Notes: generated by a model not told the origin, from the sequence alone. A stretch of 64,000 nt of DNA from an uncultured Thermoplasmata archaeon (GCA_963768855.1 CAVYJM010000011.1:64001-128000), one strand, 5' to 3'; positions 9,820-18,869 are shown, counted from the first letter of the stretch. Numbers and translations: made by a program.

Positions 9820-10671
9820 CTACGGGAAGACCTTCCTCGCGTTCACGACGAAGTACTTCTCCTTGAATGCGTTGGAGAGGGGCAGGCCCCGCATGCCCTC
9901 CACCTCCTCCCGGATGCCCGGGATTCCGGGTCCGGGCCAGTCGGAGCCGAACAGCACGCGGTCCGCGATCTTTTCAATCTGGGGGAACCACTCACGCAGG
10001 CGCGGCGGCGGGATCGAGGAGGTGTCGAGGTAGATGTTCGGGTGCGCGCGGACCAGGTAGTACGCGGCGTCGCACCAGAAGGGCCGGCCCCCATGCGCCA
10101 TGAGAATCGTCAGGTCGGGGAAGTCCGTGGCCACGTCGTCGAGCGCCATAGGGTCCCCGAACTTAGAGCGAGAGCCGGGGAATACTGAGGTGCCCGTGTG
10201 GATCATCACAGGCAGGTGGATCCGCTCCGCGGCGCGGTAGATCTTCCAGAGGTTGGGCATGCGCCCGTCGACGTACGCGTTCGACGCAAAGAGCTGGTGG
10301 GGCGGATGGATCTTCAAGCCGCGGATCTCGAGCTTGGACGCGAGGCGCTCCACTTCACCCTCGGGGTCCTTCGTGAATCGAGGGTGGACGCCGCCGAAGG
10401 CGAGCAGGCGCTTCGGGTCTTCGGAGGCGTACTTCGACACGAAGGCGTTCACGTCGAGACCGAGTCCCATCACTTCCGGGGCGGCGTAGTTGATGAGGCA
10501 TGCGCGTTCGACGCCGACCTCGTCGAGATGCTGGAGGAGGTTGCGCGGGTCCTCCATCCGCTTCGCCGTGGCATCGAAGTTCGGCATCGTCTTCCGCATC
10601 GTGTCGAAGACGGTGGGCTTCAGGTTCTTGTACGGCTCCAGGTGGACATGGACGTCGGTGATGCCGGGCAA
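9820..10671 (-). CDS. Amidohydrolase_2 family metal-dependent hydrolase
   Basis: DVHVH, KIHP, IHTG, AHGG, FGSDWP; probable TTG start at 10671. Confidence 0.88.
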   Translation of the reverse strand: MPGITDVHVHLEPYKNLKPTVFDTMRKTMPNFDATAKRMEDPRNLLQHLDEVGVERACLINYAAPEVMGLGLDVNAFVSKYASEDPKRLLAFGGVHPRFTKDPEGEVERLASKLEIRGLKIHPPHQLFASNAYVDGRMPNLWKIYRAAERIHLPVMIHTGTSVFPGSRSKFGDPMALDDVATDFPDLTILMAHGGRPFWCDAAYYLVRAHPNIYLDTSSIPPPRLREWFPQIEKIADRVLFGSDWPGPGIPGIREEVEGMRGLPLSNAFKEKYFVVNARKVFP

Positions 10672-10805
10672 CAGCCGGTGGAACCCGAGACCGCGGAAAT
10701 CCTTTTCGACGGAAGTACATGCATCCTTTGGGGAGCATTTATCCTCCGGCGCGGGAATTCGCCCTGCGACCGACAGCGTGCCGGCGTCGGAGGGACGCAG
10801 ATCCC

Positions 10806-11678
10806 ATGGCCACCGAACCGGCCACAATCCATGCTGGGCTATCCAAGTCCGCGGTGTCGCTCGCGCCGGTGCACATGAGTGCGGCAGGCGTTCTCGCTAC
10901 GGCGTACGGAGTCCTCTTGGCGCTTGTTACCCAGGCCCAGTGGGCCGGGCTCACCCCGCCGGGGACCGTCATCGGCCCGGAGAGCTTCGTGCAGAGTCTC
11001 GTGCTCCGCATTGACCAGGGAATCTACCTCTGCATCCTCGGCTCTGTTCTCGCCCTTGGCGGTTGGCTTCTCTTTCGCCGCGAGAGCCGAAGTATGAACC
11101 GCGGTCCGACTCCCTTCTCGCCGCCTCGATGGCGGGCGCCGCTCCTCGCCGTCCCCGTGCTTCTGGTCCTCGTGGTCTTTGTCATCGGCATCCTCCCGAT
11201 CCCGTACCGGACCCTGTCGCTCCCCCCTGCGGATTTCGCCCTGGCCCCTGCGGGGGTCACCGGTTCAGGGGAGACCCTCGTCGTCTCGAATCCGTTCCCG
11301 GCAGACGCCGGAGAGTATTTCGACTCCATCAGCACGGTCGTCTTCCGGAACAGACTCTCTGGCGCGACGGTGTTCATGGACAACATGTCCTTCAGGTATG
11401 TCAAGGGCGTGTCGGACCCATACGGACTTCCCCAGTTCGGCTCGGGGCATGTGGCTGCCAGCGCGGGCTCTTATGTGCTCGTCGTCCGCCCCTTCGATTG
11501 CGAATACTTCACGTCGCAGGCATGCGCCAACTACACGGTCGACGCGACGGGGACGGTCTGGATTCACTCCCCTACTGTCTATCTTCCCACGCAGTACGCC
11601 CTAGGGGCCGCGGCGTGCGCGGTCGTTGTCGGCGTCGTCGTTCAATCCGGGCTCGGCAGCCGCCGGATGACCTCGTGA
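10806..11678 (+). CDS. Hypothetical membrane protein (several TM segments plus a soluble beta-rich domain)
   Basis: Hydrophobic segments at both ends of a single coherent ORF; no recognised family; start uncertain. Confidence 0.55.
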   Translation: MATEPATIHAGLSKSAVSLAPVHMSAAGVLATAYGVLLALVTQAQWAGLTPPGTVIGPESFVQSLVLRIDQGIYLCILGSVLALGGWLLFRRESRSMNRGPTPFSPPRWRAPLLAVPVLLVLVVFVIGILPIPYRTLSLPPADFALAPAGVTGSGETLVVSNPFPADAGEYFDSISTVVFRNRLSGATVFMDNMSFRYVKGVSDPYGLPQFGSGHVAASAGSYVLVVRPFDCEYFTSQACANYTVDATGTVWIHSPTVYLPTQYALGAAACAVVVGVVVQSGLGSRRMTS

Positions 11679-12382
11679 TAGTCGCGGTAGGGGGTCTGGC
11701 AGGGCGCGCCGTCGGCGTACAGGAGGACGTTCTCCCCCGGGTCCGCGTTGCTGAGCGCCAAGATCGTCGAGGACACGGTACCGCCTCCCATCGCGTGGTT
11801 GCACAGGCTCACGCCCCCGCCGGACGCATGCGTGCGCAGGGTGGCCTGGAGCGTGCGGACGGCATCCTTGACGGCGCGGGTCGGCGCCTTCGAGAGCAGG
11901 TCCTGCACGGCCTCGGACTTGGGGTCTCCGACGGGATTGCCGCCCTCGTTCGTCAGGAGGTTCAGGCCTTCGTGGCCGCGCGTCACGGAGAGCTGCCCGT
12001 CGTACCGGAAGAACCGCAGGTCGCGGCGGGTGGCCGCCAGGGTGGTGAAGAAGTTGTACTCGTGGGCCTGCACTTCTCGCTGCAGCAGGACGTCGAGGGC
12101 GGGGATCGTCGGCGACTTCAGGGCGTCAAGGAGGAGGAGTCCGCGGGACCTCGCACTCGTCGACGTCCTCCCGCGGCGATTCGAGAGGGCCATGAGCAGG
12201 CCGTTCCCGCTGGCGCCGATCCACGTGCCTCCCGCCTGGCGGTCGCGCGGGGCCACGATTGCCGGGTCTCCCTCGAGGAACGCGGGCGGCTCCGATGGCC
12301 GCAGGGCCGACTCGTCGCGGTTCATGCCCACGACCAGGTCGTATCCGTCCACGGCTCGCCACAGCAGGATGAGCGTGCACAT
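11642..12382 (-). CDS. NRDE/TANGO2 family protein
   Basis: Begins MCTLIL and contains NRDE, GGTWIG and LSNR. Confidence 0.88.
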   Translation of the reverse strand: MCTLILLWRAVDGYDLVVGMNRDESALRPSEPPAFLEGDPAIVAPRDRQAGGTWIGASGNGLLMALSNRRGRTSTSARSRGLLLLDALKSPTIPALDVLLQREVQAHEYNFFTTLAATRRDLRFFRYDGQLSVTRGHEGLNLLTNEGGNPVGDPKSEAVQDLLSKAPTRAVKDAVRTLQATLRTHASGGGVSLCNHAMGGGTVSSTILALSNADPGENVLLYADGAPCQTPYRDYHEVIRRLPSPD

Positions 12383-12392
12383 CGGAAATCCC

Positions 12393-13004
12393 TCACGAGG
12401 ACTGTTCGAGATCGTACGCCCGCATCTGCGCCACCCGCGCAACATCGGGCCGTCCTGCTTTCGAGGCGGAGTCCATGGCGCGCTTGTACGCCTGAATTGT
12501 CGCGGCTCTCAGGCTCGCGTCGTTCGCCTCCGCCGCCTGCTCGCTCATCGCCTCCGCGGTGTCGAAGAAGTACTTCGAGGCGGTCAGGTGGTCTCCCCGG
12601 GCCTGGAAGAACGCCCCGGCGAAGAGGCCCTCATGGGTGAGGCCTTCAGCGCCCCCGGAGAAGTTCTCCTTGAGAACCGCGGCGTACTCCTTCGCGACCT
12701 CTGTGAGCGAGGGGTCGCCCTGGAGGTTCTGGACCGCGTTGCGGTACTCGACGAGGGAGAGATACGCGCGCTCGTCCCGGGCCATCTCATCGTCCTTCAG
12801 TGTGAGATAGGCCGCGCCCGCCTTCCGTCGCCACCCGCCCCCCTCGCGGAGCCGTCCAAGCTTCTCGTTGCACCGGGCGAGCGCCTGGCAAATGCCGATG
12901 CGGTCGATGCTCGATCCGGATTCCGTGAGCTTCACGTAGTGCTCCAGGGCTTTCGCGAAGTCGCCGCGGGCCTCCGCGTCGATGGCCTCGACGAGGTCGG
13001 ACAT
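12393..13004 (-). CDS. Hypothetical alpha-helical (TPR/SNAP-like) protein
   Basis: 203 aa Ala/Glu/Lys-rich helical repeat pattern; apparently co-transcribed with the NRDE gene. Confidence 0.65.
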   Translation of the reverse strand: MSDLVEAIDAEARGDFAKALEHYVKLTESGSSIDRIGICQALARCNEKLGRLREGGGWRRKAGAAYLTLKDDEMARDERAYLSLVEYRNAVQNLQGDPSLTEVAKEYAAVLKENFSGGAEGLTHEGLFAGAFFQARGDHLTASKYFFDTAEAMSEQAAEANDASLRAATIQAYKRAMDSASKAGRPDVARVAQMRAYDLEQSS

Positions 13005-13055
13005 AGATGGAACACAACCGTGGCATCCTTATCAAAATGTGGTCCGCGGTGAACG

Positions 13056-14675
13056 TCAGGCCGCGTCCGCGTCCCAGACCTGATCCTTCTCCATCGCCCA
13101 CGCCGGGTACTCCTCGTTCCCGATGAAGTGTCTTGCGTAGAGCTCGGCGATGCGCTCGTAGCGCGGATTGCCGACCTTGGCAACTTGATGGAGCAGGGCC
13201 ACGGTGGCCGCGTCCGCGATCCGAGTCATGGCGTGCTTTGCATTCCAAGTGATTTCCTGCGTCGATCCGGTCAGCAGCATGCCGATCGCATCCTCCGCAG
13301 CCTTCCTCGCCATCCGCCCGGTCTCTCCGCCGACGGCATCCAGCTGCGGGAGCACGTCCTCGAGGAACGGCTCGTGCGCCTTCCACTTCTGGATACTCTC
13401 CAGGAAGTCGAGGGCCTGGATGTTGCTCGGTCCCTCCCAGATGGGCGTGATGAGGGCCTCGCGGTGCCACCTCGCGACCGCGTACTCCTCGAGGAACCCG
13501 AGGCCGCCGAAGAGCTCCATGGCCAGGGAGGTCATCGCGGCCGCATGTTCCGCGGTGCGGTTCTTCGCGAGGTGGATCAGGAAACGGGCGTAGTGGTACG
13601 CGCGTGAGTACGGCCTCCGTTCCTTCCACACGCGGTCGAATTGGTCCACCGCACGGAAGGCCAGAGCGAGTCCGCCGGCCGAGCGTACGGCCAGATCCGT
13701 TAGGTCGCGGCGGATCAGGGGATGCTCCTGCAGACGCTTCCCGAAGGCCTCCCGGCGCCGGACGCGCTCGAGGACCTCCAGGTGGGCCTTCTTCGCGGTG
13801 GCCATGGCGCCGATGGCGTTCGCGAGGCGCGACACGTTCAGGATTTCGAGGCTCAGGTACACCCCGTCCTCCTCGCGCTCCATGAGGTGAGCCTCGCTCC
13901 CGTTCAGGTCGACCTCGCCCGTGGGGACCGCCCGGGTGGCGCTCTTGTCCTTCAGGCGGCGGACCGTGAAGTTCAGCTTCCGGGACCGGTCGAGGCGGGG
14001 GACGAGGAAGAGGGCGAGGCCCTTGGCCCCCGCTCTCGCGCCCTCGGGCCGCGCGGTCACCAAGGCGTAGTCCGCCAGGCCTGCGCCGCTCGCGAAGTAC
14101 TTCTCCCCGGTGAGCCGCCAGACGTCGCCGTCCTTCCGGGCGACCGTGATGTTCGCCCCGAGATCGCTGCCGCCCTGGACCTCGGTCATCCAGGTGGCGC
14201 CGAACGCGTCGCCGGCCAGCATATCCTCTTTCCAGGCGGCGAAGGAGGGGGCGTACTTGTGGATGCCGTACACGGTCTGGTTTGTAATGGTCAGGACGCA
14301 ATAGAGACCTGGGTCGCCCAGCAGATAGCCCAGGGCGAAGTGGTGATGCCAGCTCCCGCCCTCGTAGGCAGGGCGGTTGATGTGCGCCGCGGCCTTGAGG
14401 ACGACGCGCTCCGCGGGACTCAGCCGAGCGCGGTCCACGCGCTGTCCGTCCAGGTCGTGCGTGACGAGGACCGGCGCCGCGTCATGGTCGACGTGGTAGA
14501 CGACCTCGTAGACGTCCTCGCCCGCGAAGGCGCCGAAACGGTGCAGCTCGTCGCGGTGCGCGGGGAAGTCCCGCCAGAAGGTCCCGAGGACCGCCGCGAG
14601 GTCCGGATCGCGGTCGAAGTGGTTCGTCCCGTACGCGTAGGAGAGCTCCCGAAAGGCGTCCCGGTCCCCCGCCAT
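13056..14675 (-). CDS. Acyl-CoA dehydrogenase family protein (AidB-like)
   Basis: WMTEVQGGSDLG, GEKYFAS, RLKDKSATRAVPTGEV, WEGPSNIQALD. Confidence 0.9.
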   Translation of the reverse strand: MAGDRDAFRELSYAYGTNHFDRDPDLAAVLGTFWRDFPAHRDELHRFGAFAGEDVYEVVYHVDHDAAPVLVTHDLDGQRVDRARLSPAERVVLKAAAHINRPAYEGGSWHHHFALGYLLGDPGLYCVLTITNQTVYGIHKYAPSFAAWKEDMLAGDAFGATWMTEVQGGSDLGANITVARKDGDVWRLTGEKYFASGAGLADYALVTARPEGARAGAKGLALFLVPRLDRSRKLNFTVRRLKDKSATRAVPTGEVDLNGSEAHLMEREEDGVYLSLEILNVSRLANAIGAMATAKKAHLEVLERVRRREAFGKRLQEHPLIRRDLTDLAVRSAGGLALAFRAVDQFDRVWKERRPYSRAYHYARFLIHLAKNRTAEHAAAMTSLAMELFGGLGFLEEYAVARWHREALITPIWEGPSNIQALDFLESIQKWKAHEPFLEDVLPQLDAVGGETGRMARKAAEDAIGMLLTGSTQEITWNAKHAMTRIADAATVALLHQVAKVGNPRYERIAELYARHFIGNEEYPAWAMEKDQVWDADAA

Positions 14676-14726
14676 GCGGCCCGCATGGGGGGCGGGCGAG
14701 ATATGCGTTGCGGGCTGCCGCTCCCG

Positions 14727-15053
14727 TCAGAGCTCGGCCCACTTCCCGTAGCCCTCCCAGACGCGCACGTGGGCCGGGAACTTGAGCGCCTCCCCGAGGC
14801 GTTTTGATATGAGCTCCGCGATGTTCTCGACGGTCGGGTACTCGAGGAAGGTGTTCCAGTCCTTGTGGTCGTACTCCGATAGAACGGAGCGCGTGACCTT
14901 CTTCAGCTCGGCGAAGTCGAGGAGCATGCCTCCCTTGTGCTCCCCCTCGATGAACACGTCGACTTGGTACGTGTGCCCATGGAAGGAGCCGCAGCGTTCA
15001 TGCCCGGGGAGGTGGTGCGCGCAGTCGATGTACTCCGTGATGCCGAGCTTCAT
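14727..15053 (-). CDS. queD: 6-carboxy-5,6,7,8-tetrahydropterin synthase
   Basis: AHHLP...C...HGHTY, YDH, PTVENIA. A TATA-like box about 27 nt upstream supports the start at 15053. Confidence 0.88.
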   Translation of the reverse strand: MKLGITEYIDCAHHLPGHERCGSFHGHTYQVDVFIEGEHKGGMLLDFAELKKVTRSVLSEYDHKDWNTFLEYPTVENIAELISKRLGEALKFPAHVRVWEGYGKWAEL

Positions 15054-15140
15054 GGGCGCGCCCAAGGGGTCGACGGCCATAAAGGTTGGCGGGGGGCTCC
15101 TCCCGCTGACCGCATGCCGCGGACCCGGACGACGGGTGCC

Positions 15141-15476
15141 CTAGACGGGCGTCACGGTCAGGAACTTGAGGGCGTCCGCGCCGTGCTGGACGAACTGGTG
15201 CTCCTCGTCGTCCTCGACCAGCAAGACCACGCCGGGCCGGAGCGGAATCTTCTTCCCGTCCACGATCGCGAGGCCGCGGCCCGCCGTGACGACGAGCTCG
15301 TGTTCCCACTTGTGGCGGTGCGCCACGGAATACCCGCCCTTCCCGAAGACGAGCTCGTGCACGGAGGTGTGCCGGGCGCCGTCTTCGCGGCCGACGAGCT
15401 GCCGCATCCGGACGTTGTGGCTGCCCTCTTCCAAGAAGCGGACCGGGGCGACCGACCGAACGGTGGTCGTATACAT
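15141..15476 (-). CDS. Cupin domain protein
   Basis: HRHKWEHE...H cupin metal motif; lies between queC and queD. Confidence 0.85.
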   Translation of the reverse strand: MYTTTVRSVAPVRFLEEGSHNVRMRQLVGREDGARHTSVHELVFGKGGYSVAHRHKWEHELVVTAGRGLAIVDGKKIPLRPGVVLLVEDDEEHQFVQHGADALKFLTVTPV

Positions 15477-15542
15477 TGGGGGGAGAGGGGAGGCGGGAGA
15501 CCGCATTAAGCTTTCGAGCGCCACGGCGCAATCGGCCCGCGC

Positions 15543-16196
15543 TCACTTCTCGTAGGGGACGGGATCCTCGAGCCCGAGGGCCGCAAACGCCTCCCGGCGC
15601 TCTCGGCAGGAGACGCAGGTGCCGCAGTGAACGTCCCGGTCCCAGTAGCAGGACCACGTGAGGCCGAACGGCACGCCGAGGTCCCGCCCCATCCGGAGGA
15701 CGTCCGCCTTGGACTTGCTGCTCAGCGGGACGACGACCTGCACGGGCGACCGGTCGAACGACCAGAGGCTCAGATGGAACATGCTGTTCAGGAACTCGAA
15801 GAATTTCGGGCTCGCGTCCGGGAAGGATTCTGGGTCGATGCCGTTGTGGCCCCCGACGAGGTACCGCGTGCCGTCCAGCTCCGCGTAGTACGCCGCGAGG
15901 CTGTAGAAGATCAGGTTCCGGGCCGGGATGTAGCCCTCCGGAGAATCCTCCAGGACGGGGTTCGCAAGTCCGCTCGACCGCAGGTCGTCGACCTCCTTGA
16001 GGAAGGGCAGCCCGACGGTCCGGACCGGCCGCACGCCCGCCTCCTTCACGAGGCCCTCGATCGCCGTGTGCTCGCGGCGGGGACGCCCGAAGTAGTCGAA
16101 CGTGAGCGGCTGGACGTCCCAGCCCTGCTTCTTCGTCCACCAGAGGGTGACGGCGGAATCGACGCCGCCGGAGAGAAGGACGATGGCGCGGTCCAT
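15543..16196 (-). CDS. queC: 7-cyano-7-deazaguanine (preQ0) synthase
   Basis: SGGVDS PP-loop, YIPARN, TWSCY...CGTCVSCRER zinc site. Confidence 0.93.
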   Translation of the reverse strand: MDRAIVLLSGGVDSAVTLWWTKKQGWDVQPLTFDYFGRPRREHTAIEGLVKEAGVRPVRTVGLPFLKEVDDLRSSGLANPVLEDSPEGYIPARNLIFYSLAAYYAELDGTRYLVGGHNGIDPESFPDASPKFFEFLNSMFHLSLWSFDRSPVQVVVPLSSKSKADVLRMGRDLGVPFGLTWSCYWDRDVHCGTCVSCRERREAFAALGLEDPVPYEK

Positions 16197-16257
16197 CCGG
16201 GTTCGCGAACTCACCGGCCCGGCCCTATAAGGAGTTTGTCCACATGGGGGCGGCACC

Positions 16258-17349
16258 TCAGTCCGCCGGAGGCGGCGGGAGGAAGAACGGGTGCCACAGG
16301 ACCTCGATTTCGTCCTCGACGCCGTCGAGCGGCTCGCCGTCCCAGTTGTCGAGCTTGTCCGCGTACCGGTCGATGAGGCATGCGAGGAGATGGCGGAGGC
16401 GCGGCACGATGTCCTCCGTCGCGCCCCGCGTCACGAGGACCGCGACGACGATGCCGCGATCGTTGCACAAGATGAAGCGATGGTCGCCGAGCGTCACTTC
16501 CTGTACGTCGTTCCCGTCCCGCTCGGAGAACGTCTCGCGCACGAAGTTGGATAGGACGCTGATCATCCCGCCGACGACGTCCCGGTCCTTGTCGGACATG
16601 AGCGTGCGGGACATGTGCTTGACCAGGAGACCGTTGGCCCCGATCACGAAGACTTCCTCGATCGCGGGCTCGAGATGGGCTGGCGCCGGAGGCTCGGGAG
16701 GCGGGGGAGGGACGGGCTCCGCGCGGCGCGGTGTGACGCCGGTGCTCCCGGCGGGCTTCCGGGCGGGCCGCAGGGACCACACCTCCGAGGCCCCGAAGGC
16801 CAGCAGGATGCAGAGGCCCAGGAGAAGGTACCACGCCGGGCCGGGGCCCCAGGTGAGGAGTGTGCTCGAGTTCCCGGAGACGATCTGCCCCTCGAACCCG
16901 GGGAGCGGATTCCCGTTGAGCTGGGGCAGATCCTCCGCGGCGACGGTGACTTGGAGGACCAGTTCGACCGGGACCAGGAGGGCGAGGAGGCAGCCGGACA
17001 CCAGGGCGAGGCCGGGGAACACGCCGCGGAGCTTGCGGCGCTGAGTGGCGAGGCTCAGGGCCATGGCGGCCACGATCGAGGCGAGGAGCCCCAGGAACTC
17101 GTATTGCATTTGCTCGAACAGGGAGGATATGTGGGCTTGGCCCGGTAGGTCTGGATACGTGAAGCTCGCGGTGGTCGCGTTCCCGAGGGTCTTGTTCTGA
17201 ATCGTGTGGGTCACGTCGAAGAGGCCGTAGGACCACGTCTCGATCTGGGTGCTGTCGGAGAGTCTCCATTCCCAGACGGGCTCCCCGACCGCGACGATGA
17301 CGACCGCGAGGGCGATCGCTGCGACGGCAATCCCGGACCACGCCGACAT
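16258..17349 (-). CDS. Four-TM claudin-like membrane protein fused through a Pro-rich linker to a C-terminal longin/roadblock-like domain
   Basis: TM1, W-x14-GLF, TM2, TM3, TWGPGPAWY-TM4, PPPPPEPP linker, then EEVFVI...DVVGGM...FVRETF...LDNWDG. Fold calls are inference. Confidence 0.7.
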   Translation of the reverse strand: MSAWSGIAVAAIALAVVIVAVGEPVWEWRLSDSTQIETWSYGLFDVTHTIQNKTLGNATTASFTYPDLPGQAHISSLFEQMQYEFLGLLASIVAAMALSLATQRRKLRGVFPGLALVSGCLLALLVPVELVLQVTVAAEDLPQLNGNPLPGFEGQIVSGNSSTLLTWGPGPAWYLLLGLCILLAFGASEVWSLRPARKPAGSTGVTPRRAEPVPPPPPEPPAPAHLEPAIEEVFVIGANGLLVKHMSRTLMSDKDRDVVGGMISVLSNFVRETFSERDGNDVQEVTLGDHRFILCNDRGIVVAVLVTRGATEDIVPRLRHLLACLIDRYADKLDNWDGEPLDGVEDEIEVLWHPFFLPPPPAD

Positions 17350-17438
17350 AGTCCGGAAAGGTCGTCTCCGGGCCAGCTTAAGAGGCCTTTTGCGTCATTA
17401 TCGCGCGGAGAAGGCAGCCGGGCTCCCAGGCGTGAGAA

Positions 17439-18218
17439 TCAGCTGTCCGTCCACCGCGGCTCGCGCTTCTCGAGGAAGGCCTGCACCCCCTCCTCCTTGT
17501 CCTTCGACGTGATCACGAGAGTGAACAGGGTCTGTTCATACCGGAGGCCCTGGTCCATCGGCAACCGGGTCGAAGCTTTCACGGCAGCCTTGGCGAGCCG
17601 CACCGCGACCATGCTCTTCGAGGCGATCTTCCCCGCGATCTCCTCGACGCGCTTGTCCAGGAGGGGATGCGCGACGACCTCGTCGACGAGCCCGATGCGC
17701 AGCGCTTCCTTGGCGTCGATCCGTTCGCCGCTCAGGGTGAGCTTGAGGGCCGTGCCCAGGCCGACGAGGCGCGGGAGCCGCTGGCTCCCGCCGCCCCCTG
17801 GCATGATTCCGATGTTGACCTCCGCCTGGCTGAAGAGGGCCCGCTCGGAGGCGATCCGGACGTCGCAGGCCAAGGCGACCTCGAGGCCCCCGCCGAAGCA
17901 GTAGCCATCGATGCGCGCGAGGATTGGCTTCGCCATCCGGTCCACCGCCTCGTAGACGCTGCCCCGCCGCTCCAGGTCCGCCTGCTCGACGAGCCCCCGT
18001 CCCTGGAACTCCTGGATGTCCGCACCCGCGATGAACGACCGGTCTCCCGCGCCCGTCAGCACGACGACGCGGACCGTGGGATCCGCGTCGAGCCCGTCGA
18101 GGACGCGGATGAGCTCGCCCTTCATCTCGAGGGACATCGCGTTGTGCTTCTCCGGCCGGTTGAGCGTCACGACCGCGATCGGCCCGCGGCGCTCCACGAG
18201 GACGAGGGACGAGGCCAT
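17439..18218 (-). CDS. Enoyl-CoA hydratase/isomerase (crotonase) family protein
   Basis: FIAGADI, GGGLEVALACD, AEVNIGIMPGGGGSQRL. Confidence 0.93.
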   Translation of the reverse strand: MASSLVLVERRGPIAVVTLNRPEKHNAMSLEMKGELIRVLDGLDADPTVRVVVLTGAGDRSFIAGADIQEFQGRGLVEQADLERRGSVYEAVDRMAKPILARIDGYCFGGGLEVALACDVRIASERALFSQAEVNIGIMPGGGGSQRLPRLVGLGTALKLTLSGERIDAKEALRIGLVDEVVAHPLLDKRVEEIAGKIASKSMVAVRLAKAAVKASTRLPMDQGLRYEQTLFTLVITSKDKEEGVQAFLEKREPRWTDS

Positions 18219-18267
18219 GAGATCGGCTGCGGGGAGGACGGCCGCGGATTTTAGGCCTTCCGAACAA

Positions 18268-18290
18268 ATCAACCTTGTTTAAGGTTGACT
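18268..18290 (-). promoter_or_regulatory. 23-bp dyad element (8-bp arms TCAACCTT/AAGGTTGA, 4-nt spacer), copy 1
   Basis: ATCAACCTTGTTTAAGGTTGACT is the exact reverse complement of 36027-36049. It lies 49 nt upstream of the crotonase ATG at 18218. Confidence 0.75.
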
Positions 18291-18325
18291 GGTCCTAGGC
18301 GCGGCGGTCCGCGGGTGGCGCCCTT

Positions 18326-18805
18326 TCAGAGGAGCTTGTCCATGGTCAGGACGGTCGTCTGGAACCCGAGCTTCTTCCAGAACTCGACGCTCATGGCGTT
18401 CTTCGTGTCCGTGGCGACGCGCACCCGACTCACGCGCTTCTCCCCGAACCATCCGAGGGCGGCGGCCACCATCGAGCGGCCCACTCCCTTGCCGCGGTAG
18501 GGTTCCTGGACGTAGACCGCGGAGATGTGGCCGTACTTCCGCTCCATGAAGATTCCGGGCGGCTGCTCAAGGGAGGCGAGTAGGAATCCGGCCGGCTTCC
18601 CGCCGACCTCGGCGATCTGTGCCACGCGGTTCCGCGTACCGAGGAAAGAACGCAGGTGCCTCTCCCACTGCTCGGGCGCCCCCGTCGCGAGCCGGAAGTC
18701 CTGTCCCCCTAGGCTCTCGTCGAATCCGATCAGCTCGCGCCAGAGGCGGATGAGCTGCGGGAGGTCGTCCGCTTTCGCCGGATGAACCCGGAGGTCGAGG
18801 GCCAT
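18326..18805 (-). CDS. GNAT family N-acetyltransferase
   Basis: VYVQEPYRGKGVG acetyl-CoA motif, N..S..FW.KLGF. Confidence 0.92.
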   Translation of the reverse strand: MALDLRVHPAKADDLPQLIRLWRELIGFDESLGGQDFRLATGAPEQWERHLRSFLGTRNRVAQIAEVGGKPAGFLLASLEQPPGIFMERKYGHISAVYVQEPYRGKGVGRSMVAAALGWFGEKRVSRVRVATDTKNAMSVEFWKKLGFQTTVLTMDKLL

Positions 18806-18869
18806 GTTCCCGCGCTACGCCCGTCCGGGGGCTAAAAGCCTCGGTCTATTCCGTTCCGGGCGGCGCGAC

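Noticed and set aside
14727-16196. queC/queD as a DNA 7-deazaguanine modification (dpd) or anti-phage locus
   Set aside because: No dpdA/tgt-like, helicase or nuclease genes are adjacent; tRNA archaeosine precursor synthesis is the simpler explanation in an archaeon.
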